DNA of 64,000 nucleotides from Elusimicrobiota bacterium (GTDB taxonomy: Bacteria > Elusimicrobiota > Elusimicrobia > UBA1565 > UBA9628): contig JBBQVX010000001.1 of assembly GCA_038211115.1 (NCBI GenBank), positions 19,900 through 83,899 on the forward strand. Reading direction: 5' to 3'. A model generated the notes under the pieces. The model was not told the origin of the DNA, did not search any database, and was given only the letters and a program-made list of their open reading frames with translations. Made by a program: the position numbers and the translations under genes. Below are positions 15,864 through 24,369 of the stretch, one piece after another (the stretch's first letter is position 1; each line of letters starts with the position of its first letter).

Positions 15864-16643
15864 ATGAAAGTCGTCATTTTGGCCGGCGGAAAAGGCACGC
15901 GCTTCGCCGAGGAAACGGACAGGCGCCCGAAGCCCATGATCGAGATCGGCGACCGGCCGATCCTCTGGCACATCATGCAGCGCTACTCCGCCTTCGGCCT
16001 GAGGGACTTCGTCGTCTGCCTCGGCTACAAGGGGTACACGATCAAGGAGTACTTCGCGAACTACCTGCTCCACTCCTCCGACGTGACCATCGACCTGCGC
16101 CGCGGCACGACCTTGATCCATCACCGTAACGCCGAGCCCTGGAAGGTCACCCTCGTCGACACCGGCGAGGAGAGCATGACCGGCGGCCGCCTCAAGCGCG
16201 TGAAGAACTACATCGGCCGCGGGACTTTCCACATGACTTACGGCGACGGCGTCTCCGACGTCGACCTGCGCGCGCTGACCGCCTTTCACAAGAAGTCGGG
16301 CCGCGCGGCGACGGTCACCGCGGTGCGCCCCCCCGGCCGCTTCGGCGCGCTCAAGCTCGCCGGCGGCCGCGTCGCGCGCTTCCAGGAGAAGCCCGGCGGC
16401 GATGGCGGCTGGATCAACGGCGGCTTTTTCGTGCTGGAGCCCTCGGTCATCGACCTCGTCGACGGAGACGCCACGTCCTGGGAAGGCAAGCCGATGGAGC
16501 GTCTCGCCGCCGGCGGCCAGCTCGGCGCGTACGAGCACGCCGGCTTCTGGCACCCGATGGACACTTTGCGCGACAAGAATTATCTGGAGGAGCTGTGGAC
16601 GAGCGGCAAAGCGCCGTGGCTGGCCCGCGGCCGCAAGCCCTGA
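15864..16643 (+). CDS. rfbF: Glucose-1-phosphate cytidylyltransferase
   Basis: MKVVILAGGKGTRFAEETDRRPKPMIEIGDRPILWHIM and WINGGFFVLEP...LAAGGQLGAYEHAGFWHPMDTLRDK. Confidence 0.9.
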   Translation: MKVVILAGGKGTRFAEETDRRPKPMIEIGDRPILWHIMQRYSAFGLRDFVVCLGYKGYTIKEYFANYLLHSSDVTIDLRRGTTLIHHRNAEPWKVTLVDTGEESMTGGRLKRVKNYIGRGTFHMTYGDGVSDVDLRALTAFHKKSGRAATVTAVRPPGRFGALKLAGGRVARFQEKPGGDGGWINGGFFVLEPSVIDLVDGDATSWEGKPMERLAAGGQLGAYEHAGFWHPMDTLRDKNYLEELWTSGKAPWLARGRKP

Positions 16644-17875
16644 GCTCCGGACACGCCTGCCGCTTCTGCGGCGCGGCGCTGACGCGCACCTTCGCCGATC
16701 TCGGCCTTACGCCGCCGTCCAACTCGTTCGTGCGCCCCGAGGCCGCCGACCTCGGAGAGACCTTCCTGCCGTTGCACGCGTTCGTCTGCGGCGGCTGCTT
16801 CCTCGTGCAGATCGGCGAGTACCGGAGCCCGAAGGCGATCTTCGAGGAATACGCGTATTTTTCCTCGTTCTCCGACAGCTGGCTCGCGCACGCGAAGCGC
16901 TACACGGAGACGATCGGCGAGCGCCTGGGCCTTGGCCCCGAGAGCCTCGTCGTCGAGCTCGCGAGCAACGACGGCTATCTGCTCAAGAATTTCAAGGAGC
17001 GCGGGATTCCTTGCCTCGGCGTCGAGCCCGCGAAGAACGTCGCGAAGGCCGCCGTGGAAAAGGGCGTTCCGACGATCAGCGAGTTCTTCGGGACCGCGCT
17101 GGCTAAGCGCTTCGTCTCGGAAGGCAAGCGCGCGAATCTGCTGCTCGGCAACAACGTGCTCGCCCACGTTCCCGACCTCAACGACTTCGTCGCCGGGATG
17201 AAGCTCCTGCTGGCGCCGGGCGGGACGATCACGATGGAGTTCCCGCACCTGCAGCGCCTCGTCGAGCAGAACCAGTTCGACACGATCTACCACGAGCACT
17301 TCTCCTACTTCTCGTTCGTCGCCGTTGAGCGCGTGTTCGCGAAGGCCGGCCTGACCTTGTTCGACGTCGAGGAGCTCCCCACGCACGGCGGCTCGTTGCG
17401 AATCTACGCGCGGCACGCCGAAGGAGATCCCCGCCCCGTCGCGGAGGCCGCGCGCGCCCTCGCCGCGCGCGAGCGCATGCTCGGCTACGAGCGGCTCGAG
17501 ACCTATGACGCGTTCGCCGAGCGCGTGCGCGCGACGAAGCGGGATCTGCTGACTTTGCTCATCGGACTGAAGCGCGGCGGCAAGCGCATCGCGGGCTACG
17601 GCGCGCCCGCCAAGGGCAACACCTTGCTGAACTACTGCGGCATCGGACCGGACTTCATCGACTTCACCGTCGACCGCAGCCCGCACAAGCAGGGCACGCT
17701 CCTCCCCGGCACGCGCATTCCCGTCCTGGCCCCCGAAGCCCTGAGCGCGGCGAAGCCCGACTACGTGCTGATCCTTCCCTGGAACCTGCGCGACGAGATC
17801 GTCTCCCAAACCTCCTACATCCGCGAGTGGGGCGGCAAGCACGTCGTGCCGATCCCCGAGCCCGCAGTCCTCTGA
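16595..17875 (+). CDS. NDP-hexose C-methyltransferase (zinc-ribbon plus class I SAM MTase plus C-methyltransferase C-domain)
   Basis: CRFCGA...DLGLTPPSNSF, VVELASNDGYLL and the C-terminal HKQGTLLPGTRIPV. The start is uncertain: GTG 16595, GTG 16616 or CTG 16640 (see finding). Confidence 0.8.
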   Translation: MDERQSAVAGPRPQALSSGHACRFCGAALTRTFADLGLTPPSNSFVRPEAADLGETFLPLHAFVCGGCFLVQIGEYRSPKAIFEEYAYFSSFSDSWLAHAKRYTETIGERLGLGPESLVVELASNDGYLLKNFKERGIPCLGVEPAKNVAKAAVEKGVPTISEFFGTALAKRFVSEGKRANLLLGNNVLAHVPDLNDFVAGMKLLLAPGGTITMEFPHLQRLVEQNQFDTIYHEHFSYFSFVAVERVFAKAGLTLFDVEELPTHGGSLRIYARHAEGDPRPVAEAARALAARERMLGYERLETYDAFAERVRATKRDLLTLLIGLKRGGKRIAGYGAPAKGNTLLNYCGIGPDFIDFTVDRSPHKQGTLLPGTRIPVLAPEALSAAKPDYVLILPWNLRDEIVSQTSYIREWGGKHVVPIPEPAVL

Positions 17876-17876
17876 C

Positions 17877-18761
17877 ATGAAGGGCCGAGTCCTCGTCACC
17901 GGCGCCTCCGGCTTCATCGGCCGCCAAGCCGCGACCGCCCTGCGCGAAGCGGGCTTCGAGGTCCTGGCGCCGTCGCGGCTCGACGCCGACCTCCTCGATC
18001 CGGAAGAGGCGCGGCGCCTGGTGCTCGCGGAGCGGCCGTCGCACCTTCTTCACCTCGCCTGGAACGTGACGCCCGGCGTCTACTGGGAGTCCCCGGAAAA
18101 CCACCGCTGGGTCGAGACGACCCGCGCGCTCGCGCGTGCGTTCGGCGAGGCCGGCGGACGCCGCTTCGTCGGCGCCGGTACATGCGCCGAGTACGACTGG
18201 ACCGCCGGCGACGGCCTGTGCGTCGCGGGGACCACCGCGCTCAAGCCCGCGACCTTGTACGGGACCTGTAAGAACGCCGCGCGCGAAGCCCTCGAGAAGG
18301 AGGCCGTCACGGCGGGCTTCTCCGCCGCGTGGGGCCGCATCTTCCACGTGTACGGCCCGCACGAGCACCCGTCGCGCTTCGTGCCGTCCGTCGCGTCCGC
18401 GCTGCTCGAGGGCCGACCCGCGCGGACGTCGCACGGCGCGCAGGTCCGGGACTTCCTGCATGTCGCCGACGCCGGCCGCGCCTTCGCCGCGCTCGTCGAG
18501 TCCGACGCCGCCGGCGCGTTCGACATCGGCTCCGGGCGCGAGACGACGATGGCCTTCGTCGCGCGCACCTTGGCCCGCCTGGCCGGCGAGCCCGGCCTGC
18601 TCGAGCTCGGGGCGCTTCCGTCCGCCGCGTCGGAGCCGCCGCGTCTCGTCCCGGAAATCTCGGCATTGCGCGCGCTCGGGTTCGCCCCGCGCTTCGGGCT
18701 CGAGGACGGGCTGGCCGACGCGCTCGCTTGGCGGCGGGAGCAAAAGGCGGAGGCGCGATGA
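17877..18761 (+). CDS. NAD-dependent sugar epimerase/reductase (SDR)
   Basis: VLVTGASGFIGRQ and YGTCK (the YxxxK motif). Confidence 0.8.
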   Translation: MKGRVLVTGASGFIGRQAATALREAGFEVLAPSRLDADLLDPEEARRLVLAERPSHLLHLAWNVTPGVYWESPENHRWVETTRALARAFGEAGGRRFVGAGTCAEYDWTAGDGLCVAGTTALKPATLYGTCKNAAREALEKEAVTAGFSAAWGRIFHVYGPHEHPSRFVPSVASALLEGRPARTSHGAQVRDFLHVADAGRAFAALVESDAAGAFDIGSGRETTMAFVARTLARLAGEPGLLELGALPSAASEPPRLVPEISALRALGFAPRFGLEDGLADALAWRREQKAEAR

Positions 18762-19858
18762 AGAAGGCCAGCTTCGGCGGATTTTACGCGGGACGCCGGG
18801 TCCTCGTGACCGGCCATACCGGCTTCAAGGGCTCGTGGCTGACCCTCTGGCTCCGCGCCCTCGGTGCGAACGTCACCGGCCTCTCGCTGCCGCCGGAACG
18901 CGGGGCGACGCCGTTTCGCAGCCTCGGCCTCGACGGGCAGGTCGACTCGCGCTGGGTCGACGTCTGCGACGCCGCGAGCGTGCGCCGCGCCGTCGCGGCC
19001 GCGCGGCCCGAGATCGTCTTCCACTTGGCGGCGCAGTCGCTCGTGCGCCGCTCGTATCGCGAGCCCGAGCTGACCTTCGAGACCAACGTCATGGGCACGC
19101 TCCACGTCGCGCGCGCATCCGCCGCGGCCGGCGCGCGCGTCGTCCTCTGTGCGACCACCGACAAGTGCTACGACCGCCCGGAGTCCGGCCGCGCGTTCGT
19201 CGAGACGGATCCGCTCGGCGGGCACGACCCGTACAGCGCGAGCAAGGCGTGCTCCGAGATCGTCGCCGCGAGCGTCCGCGACTCCTTCCTGCGCGGGACG
19301 AAGACCACTCTCTCGACGCTGCGCGCCGGCAACGTGATCGGCGGAGCGGACTGGGCCGAGGACCGCCTCGTCCCGGACTGCGTCCGCGCCTTCAAGACGG
19401 GCCGCCCCGCGGTGATCCGCAACCCGCGCTCGATCCGGCCGTGGCAGCACGTGCTCGACCCGCTGTCGGGCTACCTGTGGCTGGCCGCGCGCCAGCGAAA
19501 GGACCCCGCGCTCGCGGGCGCGTGGAACTTCGGTCCCGATCCGCGAGCCGGCGACCTCACCGCGCTCGACGTGGCACGCCGCGCCGCGGCCCGCTGGGGC
19601 GTAGACGCCGCCGTCGTCGTGCGGCCGCCGAAGACCGCTCCGTCCGAGGCTCCGGTCCTGCGCCTCAATCCCGGCAAGGCGCGCCGACTCCTCGGCTGGC
19701 GCCCGCTGCATCCGGCCGTCGAGGCCGTGGACCTGTCCGTCGATTGGTACCGCGCCGCGCCGCGCGGCGGCCGGGAGGGTGCTGCGGCCGCCCTCCTCCA
19801 GATCGACGCGCACATCTCCCGCGCTCTCGAGCGGCGCGCGCCGTGGGCGGGAGCATGA
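18758..19858 (+). CDS. rfbG: CDP-glucose 4,6-dehydratase
   Basis: RRVLVTGHTGFKGSWLTLWL, DPYSASKACSE and IRPWQHVLDPLSGYL. ATGA overlap. Confidence 0.9.
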   Translation: MKKASFGGFYAGRRVLVTGHTGFKGSWLTLWLRALGANVTGLSLPPERGATPFRSLGLDGQVDSRWVDVCDAASVRRAVAAARPEIVFHLAAQSLVRRSYREPELTFETNVMGTLHVARASAAAGARVVLCATTDKCYDRPESGRAFVETDPLGGHDPYSASKACSEIVAASVRDSFLRGTKTTLSTLRAGNVIGGADWAEDRLVPDCVRAFKTGRPAVIRNPRSIRPWQHVLDPLSGYLWLAARQRKDPALAGAWNFGPDPRAGDLTALDVARRAAARWGVDAAVVVRPPKTAPSEAPVLRLNPGKARRLLGWRPLHPAVEAVDLSVDWYRAAPRGGREGAAAALLQIDAHISRALERRAPWAGA

Positions 19859-20625
19859 CCGCCGTCGCGCGCACGATCCGCGTGATCCCGCGCTTCGACA
19901 TCAAGGGGCCGAACCTCGTTAAGGGGATCCGGCTCGAGGGGCTGCGCAAGCTGGGCCCGCCCGGCCCGTTCGCGGCGAAGTACTACGCGCAGGGCGCCGA
20001 CGAGCTGATCTACATCGACATCGTCGCGAGCCTCTACGGCCGGAACAACCTGACCGAGATCGTCCGGCAGACGGCGGGCGAGATCTTCGTGCCCCTGACG
20101 GTCGGCGGCGGCGTACGCTCCGTCGACGACTTCAAAATATTGCTCCGTGCGGGCGCCGACAAGGTCGCCGTGAACACCGCCGCGATCCGCGACCCCAAGA
20201 TCCTGACCGACGCCGCGCGCGCGTTCGGCGCGCAGTGCGTGGTCCTCTCGATCGAGGCGATGAAGCAGCCCGACGGCCGCTGGGAGGCGTTCACCGACAA
20301 CGGACGGGAGCGCACGGGCGTCGACGCGGTCGCGTGGGCCAAGGGCGCGGAGGCGCTCGGCGCCGGCGAGATCCTGCTGACCTCCGTCGATCGCGAGGGC
20401 ACGAAGAAGGGCTACGACCTCGAGCTGCTCCGCGCCGTCTCGGACGCGGTCTCCATCCCCGTGATCGCGAGCGGCGGCGCCGGCGCGCCCGAGCACTTCC
20501 GCGACGCGGTCGTGACCGGCCGCGCCGACGCGGTCGCGGCCGCGCACGTCCTGCACTACGGCGAGATGACGGTCGGAGACATCAAAGCGGCGCTCGCCGG
20601 CCCCGGCGTCGAGGTGCGCGCTTGA
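19855..20625 (+). CDS. hisF: HisF-like cyclase subunit (imidazole glycerol phosphate synthase paralogue, glycan type), set 1
   Basis: RVIPRFDIKGPNLVKGIRLEG, ADELIYIDIVASLYG, PLTVGGGVRS and VIASGGAG. Confidence 0.85.
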   Translation: MTAVARTIRVIPRFDIKGPNLVKGIRLEGLRKLGPPGPFAAKYYAQGADELIYIDIVASLYGRNNLTEIVRQTAGEIFVPLTVGGGVRSVDDFKILLRAGADKVAVNTAAIRDPKILTDAARAFGAQCVVLSIEAMKQPDGRWEAFTDNGRERTGVDAVAWAKGAEALGAGEILLTSVDREGTKKGYDLELLRAVSDAVSIPVIASGGAGAPEHFRDAVVTGRADAVAAAHVLHYGEMTVGDIKAALAGPGVEVRA

Positions 20626-21257
20626 GCCGCCCCGTCGTCGTCGTCGACTACGGCCGCGGCAATCTGTTCAGCATCTCCCGCGCGCTCGCGCACCTCGGCG
20701 CGGACGCGCGCGTGACGTCCGATCCCGCGGAGATCGCGAAAGCCGACCGTCTGATCCTGCCCGGCGTCGGCGCGTTCGGCGACGGCATGGAGAACCTGCG
20801 GTCGCGCGGCCTCGTGGAACCGCTGAAGGCCTACGCGGCGACCGGACGGCCTCTGCTCGGCATCTGCCTCGGCATGCAGCTCCTGATGGACGAGAGTTCG
20901 GAGTTCGGCGTCCACGCCGGCCTTGGCCTCGTTCCCGGCAAGGTGCGGCGCTTCCCCGACTCGCCAGAACGGCTGTGGCGGGTCCCGCACGTCGGCTGGA
21001 GCGCCCTCGAGAAGGGCGGCGCGGATTGGAGCGGCACCTCGCTTTCGGGCGTGCCTGGCGGCGAGCGCATGTATTTCGTACATTCGTACTTCGTCGAGAC
21101 CGCGAAGCCGGAGCACCGGCTCGCCGTCACGCCCTACGCGGGGCTCGAGTTCTGCTCGGTCCTGCGCGCGGGCGCCATCGAAGGCTGTCAATTTCATCCT
21201 GAAAAGAGCGGAGAGAGCGGCTTATGCCTCCTGAAGACTTGGCTGACGAAAAACTAG
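20622..21257 (+). CDS. hisH: HisH-like glutamine amidotransferase subunit, set 1
   Basis: VVVDYGRGNLFSISRAL, LPGVGAFG, GICLGMQLL and the C-terminal GCQFHPEKS. TTG start in a TTGA overlap. Confidence 0.85.
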   Translation: MSRPVVVVDYGRGNLFSISRALAHLGADARVTSDPAEIAKADRLILPGVGAFGDGMENLRSRGLVEPLKAYAATGRPLLGICLGMQLLMDESSEFGVHAGLGLVPGKVRRFPDSPERLWRVPHVGWSALEKGGADWSGTSLSGVPGGERMYFVHSYFVETAKPEHRLAVTPYAGLEFCSVLRAGAIEGCQFHPEKSGESGLCLLKTWLTKN

Positions 21258-22501
21258 AGACGAAATTCGGCCTTCCGGCCAAGGTCGCCTTCTGCAAGGT
21301 CTGCGTGATCTCGAACCAGCGGCCGAACTCCGCCGTCGAATATCAGCACACGAAGGACACGAAGAAGGCCACGATCGGCTTCGACGCCGAGGGCGTGTGC
21401 GACGCGTGCCGCCACACCGAAAAGAAGAACCGGGAGATCGACTGGACTCTACGGGACAAGGAGTTGCGCGATCTCTGCGACCGCTTCCGGCGCGACGATG
21501 GACGCTACGACTGCCTCATCCCCGGCTCCGGCGGCAAGGACAGCTTCTACGCCGCGCACAAGCTCAAGGCCGAGTACGGCATGCACCCGCTGACGCTGAC
21601 GTGGGCGCCCCACATCTACACCGACTGGGGCTGGCGCAACCTCCAGTACTGGATTCACGCGGGCTTCGACAACCATCTCCACACGCCGAACGGCCGCGTG
21701 CACCGCCTGCTGACGCGCCTGGCGCTCGAGCGCCTGTTCCACCCGTTCCAGCCGTTCATCATCGGCCAGAAGGCGATCGCGCCGAAAGCGGCCGCGGCGC
21801 TCGACATCCCGCTCATCTTCTACGGGGAGAACGAGGCCGAGTACGGCAACCCGCTGCTCGACAACGCGACCGCCAAGCGCGACCACGCGTACTTCGCGTC
21901 GGCCGACCAGTCGAAGATCTTCCTGAGCGGCACCTCGATCAAGGAGCTCAAGGAGGATTTCGGCCTGGTCGCCAACGACCTCGAGCCGTACATGCCCGCG
22001 CATCCGGACGCGCTCGCGAAGGTCGGAGCCGAGGTCCACTATCTCGGCTACTACCTCAAGTGGCACCCGCAGAGCTGCTACTACTACGCCGTCGAGCACG
22101 GCGGCTTCGAGGCCTCGCCCGAGCGCGTCCCCGGCACCTACAGCAAGTACAACAGCCTCGACGACAAGATGGACGATTTTCACTGGTGGACCACCTTCCT
22201 CAAGTTCGGCATCGGCCACGCGACGTTCGACGCGTCGCAGGAGATCCGCTCCGGCGACATCGACCGCGAGGAGGGCGTCGCGCTGGTCAAGCGCTTCGAC
22301 GGCGAGTTCCCGGAGCGCTTCCTCAAGGACCTGTTCGAGTATCTGTCGATCGATCCGAAGACCTTCCCGGCCGCGTCGGCGCGCTTCAAGGATTGGAAGA
22401 TGACGCGAGAGAGCTTCATGGCGCTCGCCGAGCAGTTCCGCTCGCCGCACCTGTGGAAGAAGGAAGGCGGCCAATGGAAGCTCCGCCACCAGGTCCGCTG
22501 A
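21224..22501 (+). CDS. N-acetyl sugar amidotransferase (WbpG-like, PP-loop ATPase), set 1
   Basis: Zinc ribbon CKVCVISNQRPN...GVCDACR and PP-loop IPGSGGKDS. Confidence 0.85.
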   Translation: MPPEDLADEKLETKFGLPAKVAFCKVCVISNQRPNSAVEYQHTKDTKKATIGFDAEGVCDACRHTEKKNREIDWTLRDKELRDLCDRFRRDDGRYDCLIPGSGGKDSFYAAHKLKAEYGMHPLTLTWAPHIYTDWGWRNLQYWIHAGFDNHLHTPNGRVHRLLTRLALERLFHPFQPFIIGQKAIAPKAAAALDIPLIFYGENEAEYGNPLLDNATAKRDHAYFASADQSKIFLSGTSIKELKEDFGLVANDLEPYMPAHPDALAKVGAEVHYLGYYLKWHPQSCYYYAVEHGGFEASPERVPGTYSKYNSLDDKMDDFHWWTTFLKFGIGHATFDASQEIRSGDIDREEGVALVKRFDGEFPERFLKDLFEYLSIDPKTFPAASARFKDWKMTRESFMALAEQFRSPHLWKKEGGQWKLRHQVR

Positions 22502-24369
22502 AGCGCCGCGTCGTCTGGGTCGAGCGGCTCACCGCGCCGACGGCGGCGCGCCTTTGGGTCGAGGGATTACTCTCCCCCGCCGAAATCCGTTTCGACCCGC
22601 GCGACGCCTCGCGCGGCGGGCTTCTTCTTGCCGGGCTCGCCCCGGTGTTCACGCAGCGAACCATCACTTGCGCGCGGCGCGCCGCCTCGGGCGAGGCGCT
22701 GTACTCTCGCCGCGAGGACGAGCTCCAGTCGGCCCTCGGAGGCTTCGCGGATTCCGCCCTCTCCGACCGCCCCGCCGCCGAGCGGCGGGCGCTCGTCTGC
22801 TTCCTGGCGAATTGGCTCGCCGAACGGGAGACCTTCCTGCTGATGGCGGAGGAGGAGGCCCGCAGCGAGCCCGACGCCGCGCACTCGTTCATGATCGTGC
22901 GCCAGCCCGCCGGCTTCCTCCTCGCGCGTCCCGGACGGACGCTGCGCCAGGACTGGTCGCCGCGCGGGACGATCCGCGCGTTTGCAGCACCTCTGGCGGT
23001 GTGGGCGCGCACGCTCGCGGCCTCGCTGCTGAAGCGCTCCGCCGCGAGCGGCGGGCTTCATGGACGAGACGCCGTCTGGGTCGAGTACTACACCGATGAC
23101 GTCGGCGGCTACATCTCGCGCGCCTTCTGGAAGGACAGCGTCGATCCCGCGCGCTTCGACCGCGTGTTCTACGGCGACGACCCGGGCGCGCCGATCGCGG
23201 CCGACGGCGCGAAGATCGAGGCGTACGGCTTCGGCTGGCTCGACGCGCGCCGCCCTTGGACCATCGCCCCGGTCGCGCTCGGGACGCTCGCGGGCCTGCT
23301 CGGAGGGGCGCTCGCATCGGCGCGGCGGCCGTGGTGGCTGCGGATGTTCGAGCTCGAGCTGGCGCTCTGGACCGCGATCTGGGAGGCGGCGTTCAAGCTC
23401 CACCGCGTCCGCGCGCTGTACCAGTATCAGGACTTCTCCTGGCGCCAGGAAGCGCAGGCGAAAGCCCTCGAGAAGACGGGCGGAACGATGATCGGCCTGC
23501 ATTGGGCCGAGGCGCCGTTCCTCACGGAGCCCGAGCACCTGACGCCCTTCGACGTCTATTTCGCCTGGGGCGTCAACCAAAGCCGGCGTCTCGCGGGCAA
23601 AGGTCACGACTGCCGCGAGATCCTCCCGTGCGGCGCATGGATCCTGCCGGACGAGAAGGCGACGACGGACGTGCGGGCCGCGCTCGGGGCCAAGGAATTC
23701 GCGATCGCGCTGTTCGACACCTCGTACTCGGACCGGATCTTCGTTGACGCACGGATGCTGTCGGAGTTCATGCTCGGCGCGTTGACCTTGATCGCCTCGA
23801 AGCCCGGTTGGAAGGTGGTCCTCAAACCGAAGGGGAACGCCTCCTACGCCGCCTTGCCGGACGGCGCGCGCATCGACGCGCTGATCGCGCGGCTGCGCGC
23901 CGAAGGCCGGGCCGTCCTCGTCGACCGCCGCGTCTCGCCGGTCAGCGTCGGCCTCGCCTGCGACCTCTCGGTCGGCATCGGCTTGAACAGCGCGGCACTC
24001 CTCGCCGGGGCTTTCGGCGGCCGCTGCGTGCATTGGGACTGCGCGGGCTGGAAGCGGCACCCGCTGGTCCGCGACGGCTCCGGGACGGTCGTCTTCGACG
24101 ACGTCGCGTCGACGCTCGCCGCCGTCGCGGCGGCGCCGGCGGACGCCCGGATCGGTGATTTTTCCCGGTGGGCGAAGCTCGTCAACCATTTCGGCGATCG
24201 TGGCGCCGCGGGCCGGGTCGGCGGTTGGATGGCCGACTACATGAACGCGGTCGGAAATGGAGCCTCCGCAGTCGACGCGCGGAGAACGGCCGGCGAGGCC
24301 TATCGCCTCCGCAACGAAGTCCCCGGCGGCTTCGCCGAACGCGGGGCGTGGTGGGAGAAGGCCGCCTAA
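22474..24369 (+). CDS. Hypothetical 631-aa protein, possible GT-B-like transferase
   Basis: Long uninterrupted ORF with ordinary amino-acid composition. The C-terminal third (WKVVLKPKG...RAVLVDRRVSPVSVGLACDLSVGIGLNSAALLAGAFG) looks Rossmann/GT-B-like. The start is uncertain: ATG 22474, CTG 22498 or GTG 22645. Confidence 0.6.
   Translation: MEAPPPGPLKRRVVWVERLTAPTAARLWVEGLLSPAEIRFDPRDASRGGLLLAGLAPVFTQRTITCARRAASGEALYSRREDELQSALGGFADSALSDRPAAERRALVCFLANWLAERETFLLMAEEEARSEPDAAHSFMIVRQPAGFLLARPGRTLRQDWSPRGTIRAFAAPLAVWARTLAASLLKRSAASGGLHGRDAVWVEYYTDDVGGYISRAFWKDSVDPARFDRVFYGDDPGAPIAADGAKIEAYGFGWLDARRPWTIAPVALGTLAGLLGGALASARRPWWLRMFELELALWTAIWEAAFKLHRVRALYQYQDFSWRQEAQAKALEKTGGTMIGLHWAEAPFLTEPEHLTPFDVYFAWGVNQSRRLAGKGHDCREILPCGAWILPDEKATTDVRAALGAKEFAIALFDTSYSDRIFVDARMLSEFMLGALTLIASKPGWKVVLKPKGNASYAALPDGARIDALIARLRAEGRAVLVDRRVSPVSVGLACDLSVGIGLNSAALLAGAFGGRCVHWDCAGWKRHPLVRDGSGTVVFDDVASTLAAVAAAPADARIGDFSRWAKLVNHFGDRGAAGRVGGWMADYMNAVGNGASAVDARRTAGEAYRLRNEVPGGFAERGAWWEKAA

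Noticed and set aside
18080-19813. A 577-aa minus-strand ORF, plus the 829-aa plus-strand ORF 18136-20625 with its upstream portion
   Set aside because: Both overlap rfbG and the SDR gene in other frames. Only the last 257 codons of 18136-20625 (from ATG 19855) show HisF motifs. The rest is Arg/Pro/Ala-rich artefact.
22498-22501. CTG 22498 in a CTGA overlap as the start of the 631-aa protein
   Set aside because: The geometry is attractive, but a canonical ATG lies 24 nt upstream (22474) in the same frame, so a CTG start is not required here. I kept it only as supporting context for the other two CTGA junctions.
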